Part shown: positions 1-9,055 of the stretch, piece by piece
How positions within the stretch are numbered: position 1 is the stretch's first letter
Layout: every line of letters starts with the position of its first letter
From: Selaginella moellendorffii
Taxonomy: Eukaryota > Plantae > Lycopodiophyta
Reading direction: 5' to 3'
Assembly (NCBI RefSeq): GCF_000143415.4
Contig: NW_003314502.1
Span: 32,690-45,385, forward strand
Length of the DNA: 12,696 nt
Made by a program: the position numbers and the translations under genes
Notes under the pieces: generated by a model
Databases searched by the model: none
Told to the model about the DNA's origin: nothing
Seen by the model: only the letters and a program-made list of their open reading frames with translations

Positions 1-479
1 CCTTCGTGATTATCACAAGTTATCGATACTAAGTCTTAGGATCAATAGTTGATAAATATTTTTCCACTAGTTCAAGTGGAACCTATTAAACATTTGGGTC
101 ATATACAAGTGGCACAACACTATATTACAAATCATATTATTATCCACTTGTAGAGTACAAAGTGGATGATTTAATATTAATTCATTTTCCCAATCTAACG
201 GCATATGGTTTGTATAAGGTGTTCCTTGCCTAATATAAGAGACTATATTGAGTGTTGTGGCAAATTGGATCATAAATTTATAAATTTTGGTATGATATTC
301 AATTGATTAATCCTTTAGAAATTATATTTAAAGTGCTTCATACAAAAGGATCAATAACAAATTACACTTATAAATCTAGCAAGGCTTCTTCTTGATGTGC
401 CTTTAGATCTTAACCCAAGGACCCTAATTGTCTTCTATCCTTCCAAGAGGAGAAGATAATGTGAGGTTTAGATATATAA

Positions 480-960
480 CTATAATGCCATATATTAATA
501 TTAGTGTAATGAGTTTTTACATCTGTTATATTGATTTTAATCCAAACCACTTGCTCATGTATATAAATTAGAGTTTTTGGGGAAATCTATTTCTATATTA
601 TGTGCACTCACAAAATAATCTAAATCCTTTATATTATAATTAGTAGTGAATGCTATAAAATATTAGCTTATAAAGGCTCACTAAAGAATGGTATAGTAGG
701 AATTTATGGTCAATTCAAGGTTTTTATAAATATATAAAAAAAACATAACCTTATTAAATTTATAATATTAAACCTGAATTTGTCATATCTAAAATTTTAG
801 AAATTTAAAATTATTATTATAAATTTTAATATTTTTATAAATAAGAAACTTGGTATAATATTTTATTTGAAAATATAAAATATTTTTCTAAATATTTAAA
901 TAATAATATCTAAGAATAGATTTTCCAATGAAATAATTGTTTTAGTAGTTTAAAAGGAAG
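480..960. other. Very AT-rich non-coding spacer
   Basis: Long A/T-dominated stretch with no ORF of 60 aa or more in the supplied track. Confidence 0.7.
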
Positions 961-1173
961 TAAATACTAGAATTTAGGTCTTGTGAGGTCCAAATGTACA
1001 ACTATTTCTGCCGTATACTAATATTAGCATAGTGGGCCATCAAATTGGTTTCAATCCGGGCCACTCACTTTTATATATAAACTAAGGTTTTTGGGCTAAT
1101 TGATATGCACATTTTTTGTATTCCCTTTCTATATTCTAAGTGCTCACATTGGTGGAGATGAGGGGCATTTTTC

Positions 1174-1178
1174 CTTGT
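1174..1178 (+). repeat. 5-bp target-site duplication CTTGT (left copy)
   Basis: ttc CTTGT|TGTAAGC; identical to 3016-3020. Confidence 0.88.
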
Positions 1179-3015
1179 TGTAAGCAACTAAAGAGAACGA
1201 CTTGAGAGACGGTCTATGGGGTTCAAATATAGAAAGAAAGGGCCCATGAATAAAAGTGCACCCCTGTAAGCGATTAATTTTTCCATTCTACTTTAGTCAC
1301 TTAACCACACCTCCGACCACTTGAAGGAGTCTCATTCACAACCTCCATAAGTCCAATTTAGGACTTGGGACTTGCTAGCCCCGAGAATGGCATCCATGCC
1401 ACTCAACATTTGCACTTGGTCCAAGTGCTCCACGTGTCCGATCCCATGACCGACACTCAAAGGTACCACCGACATGGCAGCTTGTCACGCTAAGGCCATG
1501 CCCAATCACCTTTGCCACACTGGTAGTCCAATACCACATGTATCCCAGTCTTGGCTCTCCAAGACTAGGCAAACCATCCGTGAGTGGTCATTTCAGATCC
1601 ACTCCTTAGCATCCTTAGGATGCCCACTGACAAGGGGAATAGCCTTCCCCAATATCCCTCTGTCAGTCCCCACTAAGTCCCTTTCTGCCCCTGGCCGTGT
1701 TTGCCAACACTGCCATTGGATCGAGGCCCATAGGCTTGACCATTAAATCCCACGGTCTTCTGGGACTTCCTCACCATACGACTGTGTCCTTGGTCACTAC
1801 CCCAGAGGACTGCTCCTCTTCCTTTCCACAGTTTGGGCCTTTGGGGACAACATTTCGGAACACCGTGGCCTTACGCGAGCCACCTGGGTACTCTCCCCGC
1901 CTTCCGCCCTTGGGTGCTCTAGCCATGGGCTTAGAGCGAGGTTCCGTTGAGCCATGCCTAGTATCCAAGTAGGTAGTGCCACCCACACTTGGACTGAGAG
2001 CATCGGCTAGTCGATCTCCCGGGGGAACTAGAGCCGGCTCTTGAACACTTCACCAAGCTACCCCGCTTGTCAGTTCGTATTCACTCTAGTCTTAGACTTC
2101 CCAGTGGTCAGTTCATCACCCAACACTAGGTCTGGCCTTCCTGGGCCAAACTAGCCTTTCCTGGCCAAACTGGCTCCGCTGCAGTCCTCCCCGTTACTAT
2201 ACTTTTGGAGCTCACCAAACCCCCTAGGGTCTGGGAGACGAACGCTTTGGGCTTTCACCCTCTCAGACTCAAACTCGGACTCGGACTCGGATTCGGACTT
2301 GGACTCGGACTCGGACTCGGACTCGGACTCGGGCTCGGTCTCGGCCTCCGCCTCGGTCTCGGTCCCGGTCTCGGTCTCGGTCTCGGTCTCGGTCCCAATC
2401 TTGGTCTTGACCTCAGACTCCATCTCAGGTCCTTCTCGGACTCCATCTCGGATTCCATCTCGGGTCCATCTCGGACTCCATCTCGGACTCCGTCTCGGTT
2501 CATCTCGGACTCCGTCTCGGTTCATCTCGGACTCCGTCTCGGTCCATCTCGGACTCCATCTCGGACTCCACTTTGGACTCCATCTCGGACTCCATCTCGG
2601 TCCATCTCGGACTCCATCTCGGACTCCGTCTCGGACTCCGTCTCGGTCCATCTCGGACTCCACTTCGGACTCCTCCACGTGTCATGTGTTGGTCCTTTTG
2701 GGTCCCTTTTTGGAGCCTCGCTTATTGCTCGCTTCGTGCTTGTTCCTCGAGCACTTTGTTGGGAGTTCCACTCCCACTCTCGACCTTTCAAGTCGGAGCT
2801 TTTAATCCAAACGTGTTACGCTTGTTTGGCTTTCGCTTCGGCCACTACCATGTGGCACCCTTTCCAGCTCCACTTTGGGGCCTAGGGATTTTGTGTCTCA
2901 CAACCCCCTTTTCCAATCGGTTAAGGGTTTTGGGATATTTAGAATTAAACGTCCTTGAGTTTGAATAGTATTGGGCTGGGTGATTTCTCGGGAAGTCTAA
3001 ACTTGGGAGCTTACA
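1179..3015. mobile_element. Solo LTR of an LTR retrotransposon (1837 bp), orientation possibly minus
   Basis: Starts TGTAAGC (1179-1185) and ends GCTTACA (3009-3015): a perfect 7-bp terminal inverted repeat with TG...CA ends. Flanked on both sides by CTTGT (1174-1178, 3016-3020). GC content is much higher than the flanks. No gag/pol ORF, PBS or PPT seen. Confidence 0.88.
2262..2675. repeat. GC-rich tandem array inside the solo LTR: (CTCGGA)n, then (CTCGGT)n, then 12/10-bp CTCCATCTCGGA / TCCATCTCGG units
   Basis: About 26 in-phase degenerate hexamers at 2262-2417, followed by mixed 12- and 10-bp units to about 2675. It produces the DS/GL/PR/ET/RTPS low-complexity ORFs on both strands. Confidence 0.97.
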
Positions 3016-3020
3016 CTTGT
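3016..3020 (+). repeat. 5-bp target-site duplication CTTGT (right copy)
   Basis: GCTTACA|CTTGT ccc; identical to 1174-1178. Confidence 0.88.
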
Positions 3021-3689
3021 CCCTAAAGAGTGCTTAGATTTGGGATTTTGGTTTAGATCTTCCTTTTCATTCATCTTCATGGTAGATCAGTAGTCTCTTC
3101 CTCTTTTGACTCTAGAGTAACAGTTGATGCAATTACTTAATATTATGCAATTGCAATTGAACAACTAAACTCAACTGATGGCAACATTCATAGTATGTGG
3201 TACAGCTCCTCTTACTCTTGATGCCAATCCTTGCATTCGGTTGGAGTTCTTTTGCAGAAATCCTAAGGATGATGTGTATCATTAGTTTGATTACTTCACA
3301 GTGATTATTATATATCATTCTTAAAATGATACTCAATGTTTACATGAATTTCCCATGTGTCTCCAAGGGACAACATTGTAGTGGTACAACAGTTTGAGTG
3401 TAGCCACTCATGGGGATTAAAGTGTTCTCCCGAACGTCTTCAAACGCACATTCGGACATGTTGACAATTATGGTGATACTTTCTAATAATTGCATTATCT
3501 TTGTTAAGGGTTATTTGAGTTGATAATGCAATTTGGCATTTGTTTCCAAAACCTATTGTTTCGTGCAGAGCCAAATATGTCAAAATAGATCAAGTTAGGA
3601 ATGTTGTGGTTAGCACTTTATCAAGATTTTGTCGGATTTATGCATGCACTTGCTCTAACCACCTTTAACAATACTCTTCATTTGGCACA

Positions 3690-4284
3690 ACGTTATGAAA
3701 CATCACCTCTTCCACTTCTCAAACAAAGCCTCGGCTTCTTCCAAATGCCCTTTCCTGGCAAATGCTGTGACGAGGGTAGTCTGCGCAACAATCATCTTCA
3801 CGGGCATCCGATCAAACAAATCCTTGGCAGAAGCCAGATGCAAAGCGTGATCATCACATTCCAAGAGATCTCGTTCTTCTCTGGAGCCAATTTGAAAATC
3901 TCTCGCGCTTTATCAAGATGCCCGTTGTCGGCATATGCCGTGACGATCAAGTTCCACGTCGAGGCATCTCGCCAGAGCATCCCATCGAACGTTCTGCGCG
4001 CTCGATTTAGATCTTTCGCCTGTGCGTAGGCCTGGATCATGATGTTGGAGGAGAAGAACTTAGGATTCTCTATGGATTCGAAGATTGCACGGGCGTCACC
4101 GACGCTGCCGCATTTGCCATACATCTGGACGAGCAGATTTGCTGCGGCGGTGCTCGCTCTGCGCAATGCGGGCGTGGATTTGCCTCCCCTGTGACAGATC
4201 CCGGCAGTTCTTGAGCGGTGCTCCCCAGGAGAGCAAGCAATCCTCTGAGGTGTCTGTGGAAATCACGAAATTGGGGAAGAGCAA
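3690..4284 (-). pseudogene. PLS-class pentatricopeptide repeat (PPR) pseudogene, frameshifted and C-terminally truncated
   Basis: Three frames join into one PPR: LKNCRDLSQGRQIHARIAQSEHRR / ANLLVQMYGKCGSVGDARAIFESIENPKFFSSNIMIQAYAQ...ISWNVMIT / HLASAKDLFDRMPVKMIVAQTTLVTAFARKGHLEEAEALFEK. Frameshifts at about 4142 and 3843; motifs of about 31 aa; similarity is lost near 3690. Ends are approximate. Confidence 0.9.
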
Positions 4285-5076
4285 TGCCAGATTTTTACAT
4301 AGAAAATTTCTGGTACGTGCAAGGCAAGATGGATTATCTTCTTCTTCTTAGCCGTGATCTCCAAGCTAGATTGGAATGTTCTTTCTCCGTCCAGGATTCT
4401 CGGATTCTCGCAAGGAATACCTCGCGAATCGCGAATGCGTGTGAGATCCAGCACAGTTTATGGAAGAAGCAAAGATTTTACTCTCTGGTGAGAATTCCTC
4501 TACTCCACTGGGCTTATAAGATTGGCTCTCTCCTCCATTCTCTATAGCAATGAATTTCCATCTCTCTTTCTTGCTCCTCGAGATAATAGTGTTCTTGAGA
4601 GCTGTCGCCCTAAATTCGCCCCCACCGCTCCCTCTCCGCCCAATTCCCTCATGGCGCCAGCTCCAGTTCCACTCGCGCCGCCTCTCGATGTTCTTCCACT
4701 TCGGCGTCAACACATTCACGGACTCGGAGCGTGGATCCGGCCACGAATCGCCCTCCATCTTCAACCCGGAGCGATTGAATGCGTCGCAGTGGATGGACGT
4801 GGCCCAATCCGCGGGCGCGCAGCTCGTGATCCTCACGGTCAAGCACCACGACGGGTTCTGCCTGTGGCCCTCGGCCTACACCAATTTCTCCGTGGCTAGC
4901 AGCTCTTGGCGAGGAGGGAAGGGGGATGTGGTGGCCGAGTTCGTGACCGCCGCCAGGGAGCGTGGATTGGACGTGGGCTTTTACCTCTCGCCATGGGATT
5001 TGCACGAGAGCTGCTATGGCGACATTCTTCTCTACAACGAGTTCTACTTGGCTCAGCTCCCAGAGCTTCTTACTGG

Positions 5077-5264
5077 GTGAGTGAGACATTCTTTGCTTCT
5101 TCTTCACGCATTTTTCTTGGTGGCATGGTCACTGTGTGATATGTTTGCATTTGCTCCAGCCCATCAAATGGTTTTAGCATTAGGAGCTCGCGAGCTTGTG
5201 GGCTTTTGTAGTTTTCATCTCTAGCAGCAGATGCCTTGACGCGGCATTTTGTTTTGGCGTGCAG
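5077..5264 (+). other. Fucosidase intron 1 (188 bp, phase 2)
   Basis: GG|GTGAGT ... ttttggcgtgcAG|A TAT GGG; splicing restores ELLTGYGPISEVWLDG. Confidence 0.9.
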
Positions 5265-5493
5265 ATATGGGCCGATCTCCGAGGTGTGGCTGGATGGTGC
5301 GAAATCACCCACTGCAGTGAACATGAGCTACGATTTTGAGCTCTGGTTTGACACGATTCATCCCCGGTGCCAACATCTTTTCCGACGCTGGCCCCGACAT
5401 CCGATGGGTTGGGAACGAGTATGGCGAGGCCGGACAACCATGCTGGGCGATGGCGAACAGATCTTCCATTACGATCGCCAGGAGCGATGGCCA

Positions 5494-5563
5494 GTACGTA
5501 AAATCCATCCTTCCATGAAACCTTCGTTCTCGTGAAACTCGATCCAATTCGCAACATCAACAG
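5494..5563 (+). other. Fucosidase intron 2 (70 bp, phase 2)
   Basis: CA|GTACGT ... caacAG|G TAC TTG; splicing restores SDGQYLMSGE in frame. Confidence 0.8.
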
Positions 5564-7599
5564 GTACTTGATGTCTGGAGAGAGTGCTGGAACCGACTGG
5601 CTCCCTCCGGAGTGCGATATCTCCATCAGGCCCGGTTGGTTTTGGCACAGGAACGAGGCTCCAAAATCCCTGGAGCAGCTGCTCGACGTTTTCTACAAAT
5701 CATCCGCCAGGAACTGCTTGCTCCTGCTCAACGTCCCTCCAAACTCGTCGGGACTGATCGACGAATCCGACTTCCAGACGCTGGAGCGGTTTCGCTCCGC
5801 CATAGATTTCATCTTCAGCGTCAACTTAGCAGCGAATCCCTTGTCCGTGACAGCAAGCAGCGTTCGCAGCTCTTCGTTCGGGCCGAAGCAAATCCTTGAC
5901 GAGCGCCAATGCAAGGGGAGTCGACCGGCTGGATCGAGCTTGATCTTGGCAAGGTCTCAAAGTTCAACGCACTGGAGATCCGAGAGCCAGTAAACATGGG
6001 ACAAAGGGTCATGGAATATCACGTCGAGGCATGGAACAGCGAGCTGGGCTGGTACCTGGTGAGCAACGGTAGCACCATTGGTTACAGGAAAGTGGATCGA
6101 CTGGAAGAGGATCAACTATGTGCTGCTCACCTCGTTCGACTGCTGATTGACATGTCGCAGGTGATCTGCTTCTTTGGTTTGTACTTCGATATGTACAACC
6201 TCAGGCACTTGTCTTCTATTTAGAAGAGAAACGACAAGAGGATATGTATATTTCATGGATACACTTTTCAGGTATGAGAAACATAGCTTTGAGTTGGAAA
6301 TCCCTGGCCTGATCAATAACAGTCTCTTTGCATCACTCCTAACAGATTGGAGCTTAGGGAACAACAAAAAAAATCAAGAGCTAGCTCTCTACCCTTTGAG
6401 CTCGTGGAAAGTACCCTTACATGGAGGTGGCAGCTGGTTAAACTTGAGAAGTTAGCTTGTGTGGAGGACCTTCTGTTGCTCTTGCTTCCTTGCCACAAAA
6501 TCACACTTCCAAACATGAATGACTATAAGGTGGTGGAAGATTAATTTTACAATATAAATATAAAGGATTATTTTTGAACGTTGAGTTTAGAGAAGGTTTT
6601 ATGTGTTAAACCAAAATACTAAACAGGTCGTACACCTTGTGGGTGTTCTTTTGCAAATAGCCTGCAGAAAAAAAGCTATTAAAATAAATATTTGATTTGT
6701 AAAGAATACTTGATGCATTAAAAATATGAGCTTATATAACACTTTTTCTCCATCTAGCGACAAAGTAGCAATCTATTTAAATTATAACTCAATGTGGATT
6801 AAAATCACTAAAGGATGATCCTAACGATTCAAAACAACTATTATACTTGTCTCAAATGGCTAGCAATATTCTAATCTGAATACCAATTTGAAATGATGCT
6901 AGACTGAAAGATTAAAGGAAATTGAAGTATATCTCTAGTTGAGACTAGTATTCCTAAGAGTTTAAGAATAATTAAGATTGTACTCCAATATGTTAGTTTT
7001 GAAAATTTTCATATACTTATATTCCATGATATTGGAAGAGAAGGGAATAGATTGGTCACAAAACATTGAACAAGTGCTAGTTGCCATTGAAGAAGCAATA
7101 TTGCCCTATACAACAACATTATATATAAAACTCCACCCTGCAGAATAGAAAGAAAGTTTTCAAAGGGAATGGATGAGTAGGAAATGGCACTTGTGATATT
7201 TCTTATTTCCAATTGGGAGAATTGTGTGGGATGTTGAGCATCCCTGATTGCTATGCTAGATAATATGTTTGATAACATATGTCAAACTTCTCATCATCAA
7301 ATTACTTAACTATCCTTCATTATGCATATATTAATTCCTAAAGCTCTCCAGGGATTTGGTTCTTGACAGAATATGGCATTGACTTTGCGGAAGATTTGAT
7401 AAATTTCCTTGTAAAATCGCCTTGCATACATGCTTTGCAAAGAACAATCCAGCCAACATAGATTAAGCCCACCATAAAAGTTGGCCAATTGTCTTTAAAC
7501 TTAATTCTCTGTATCAACATCCAATGAAGCCTTCATAAATGCTAGCCATCAACGAATGGGCTGAGGCCCAGCTCCAGCAACATGCTGTGCAATGCTTCG

Positions 7600-7980
7600 C
7601 AAGTGGAGAGGATAACATATGGAACACAGAGAGGAGAACATATGAAGCATGTCGGGAGGCAACGAGGGAGATAGGATACAAAAGCAAGGCAATGGGAACG
7701 AGCTATCACCTTACTGCAATGAGCCCATCTCCACCCGCACCTCAAACGCAAGCTTTCCACACCACTACTTCCCACTTTCAACAAGGGCTCATGAGAGACT
7801 TCCACGGCTCACTCTCATCGGCATGGTCTTGAGAATCTGGATTGCCACGCCTAGCATGGCACTGATGTGGAGCAGGAGGAGCACAGTGCTGCTGCTGAAA
7901 TTCACAACAGCAGCATTGGATCTTGCATTGCTGACTAATAGCAAACCCACTGCACTTAACATTCCAGATGCATGGGACAC
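7600..7980 (-). pseudogene. Possible highly degraded PPR C-terminal (S2/E motif) relic
   Basis: Across shifting minus-strand frames, in the expected order: SHASGML...AIQILKTMPM, WKSLMSPC*KW, GKLAFE...VEM, ASYVLLS. Spacing is imperfect. Confidence 0.35.
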
Positions 7981-8271
7981 CACGGACTCATATGCGAGAG
8001 GCGGAGGACTATGCTCCTCATGAAGACTCTCCTATGCTCAATCCTCTGTGCGTCCCGCTCTCCATCCATGGGGGGATGGGGCGGCTCACGGAATGGCTGG
8101 CTATCAACGATCGATGTTTGGGTCAACACATCAAGTCTGAACTGCTCTGAAGATGTTCTCCAGCATCACATAAGGCAATGCATCACTCACAAGGCTGGAC
8201 TGGCACGTAAATTCCGCAGCATGCATCCCTCGATTCATCTCCCCGTGGTTTTACACGCGGTAAGAAACGTT

Positions 8272-8392
8272 NNNNNNNNNNNNNNNNNNNNNNNNNNNNN
8301 NNNNNNNNNNNNNNNNNNNNNNNNNNNNNNNNNNNNNNNNNNNNNNNNNNNNNNNNNNNNNNNNNNNNNNNNNNNNNNNNNNNNNNNNNNNN
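8272..8392. other. Assembly gap (121 N) within the PPR S2/E region
   Basis: Run of N. Its size roughly matches the missing roughly 35-aa HYxCMxDLLGRAG...W segment. Confidence 0.99.
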
Positions 8393-9002
8393 GTTCTTGC
8401 GAAGGGTCCAATCCATTGTCAACGCTCATTGCCGTGAAGTAGCTTACTGCTTCCTTGACGAGCCCCAGATAGCTACACGCCGTCAAAACGATGGCAAACG
8501 CTGCCTTGTCGGGGTCAAAGCCGTGGAGAAACATCGCCCAAAAGAGCTGGATCGCAGAATACGCATGGCCGGTCTGGGCATATGCTGCTAGCATCGTGTT
8601 CCAGGAGACAAAATTCCAAGTTGGTATTCTATCAAACGTCTTCTTTGCCTCACAAATATTTGCATCTAAAGCGTATACCACGAGAATTGTGTTCCATGAA
8701 TAGGAATCCCAGCAGCAACACAAAGAAAACGCTCGTATAGCGTCTTTGAAACGACCTCTCTGGGCATAAACAGCGATTATCGAGTTCCATGAAACAAGAT
8801 CTCTGTGTGGCATTGCTTCAAACAATTGTTTTCCTTGATCAGCGTCACCTTTTTGCGCGTATGACTTGATCATAATCATGCTGTGCAGAGGCATCCTATC
8901 AAACAAACTCTTGGCTTGAATCAAATCCCCATTTTGGGCATAGCAGCAGTGCATCGCCCCCCAGAGGATCGCGTTTTGGTGGACAATCTCCTGGAAGACA
9001 TC

Positions 9003-9055
9003 CTCCGTCTCCTCCACGAATCCATTCTCCGTCTCCTCCACGAATCCATTCTCCG
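9003..9055. repeat. Perfect 24-bp tandem duplication in the PPR pseudogene
   Basis: CTCCGTCTCCTCCACGAATCCATT twice (9003-9026, 9027-9050) followed by CTCCG; encodes ENGFVEET twice. Confidence 0.97.

Larger units (their letters stand above)
4550..6223 (+). pseudogene. FUC1: Alpha-L-fucosidase (GH29, plant FUC1-like alpha-1,3/4-fucosidase), 3 exons (4550-5076, 5265-5493, 5564-6223), disrupted by two frameshifts
   Basis: Hydrophobic signal peptide; motifs MFFHFGVNTFTDSE, ILTVKHHDGFCLWPS, FYLSPWD, YGPISEVWLDGAK, IFSDAGPDIRWVGNE, ECDISIRPGWFWH, LLLNVPPNSSGLI; C-terminal F5/8-type-C-like region FNALEIREPVNMGQRV...GSTIGYRK. Frameshifts at about 5362 (IH|PGANIF, QLQ missing) and 5905 (LDER|PMQGE, the xxxxWA segment missing). 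Stop TAG at 6221-6223. Confidence 0.92.

Noticed and set aside
60-273. 68-aa minus-strand ORF and two small hairpins (TTCCACT/AGTGGAA at 62-81; ATCCACTTGTA/TACAAAGTGGAT at about 142-167)
   Set aside because: The protein is unrecognisable and the stems are too short to support an RNA gene or MITE.
1375-2003. Several 65-91 aa ORFs on both strands
   Set aside because: No recognisable motifs; expected by chance in GC-rich LTR sequence.
2262-2675. Possible CRISPR-like array
   Set aside because: Units are 6-12 bp and contiguous with no unique spacers, there are no cas genes, and the context is eukaryotic.
2151-2968. Long overlapping ORFs rich in DS, GL, PR, ET and SPRW repeats (adhesin-, SR- or protamine-like)
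   Set aside because: They are by-products of a stop-poor tandem repeat that is open on both strands inside a solo LTR; no domain or gene structure is present.
1265-3015. Alternative LTR left boundary at the TGTAAGC at 1265
   Set aside because: The preceding bases ACCCC do not match the right flank CTTGT, whereas the 1179 boundary does.
3133-3600. Possible DYW deaminase tail for the first PPR pseudogene
   Set aside because: No HSE, CxxCH or terminal DYW motif found in the minus-strand frames I translated.
4366-5914. Antisense and alternate-frame ORFs overlapping the fucosidase
   Set aside because: Shadow ORFs of GC-rich coding sequence.
7009-7520. Three short minus-strand ORFs in AT-rich sequence
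   Set aside because: No family motif that I can recognise; may be old gene or TE debris but cannot be supported without a search.
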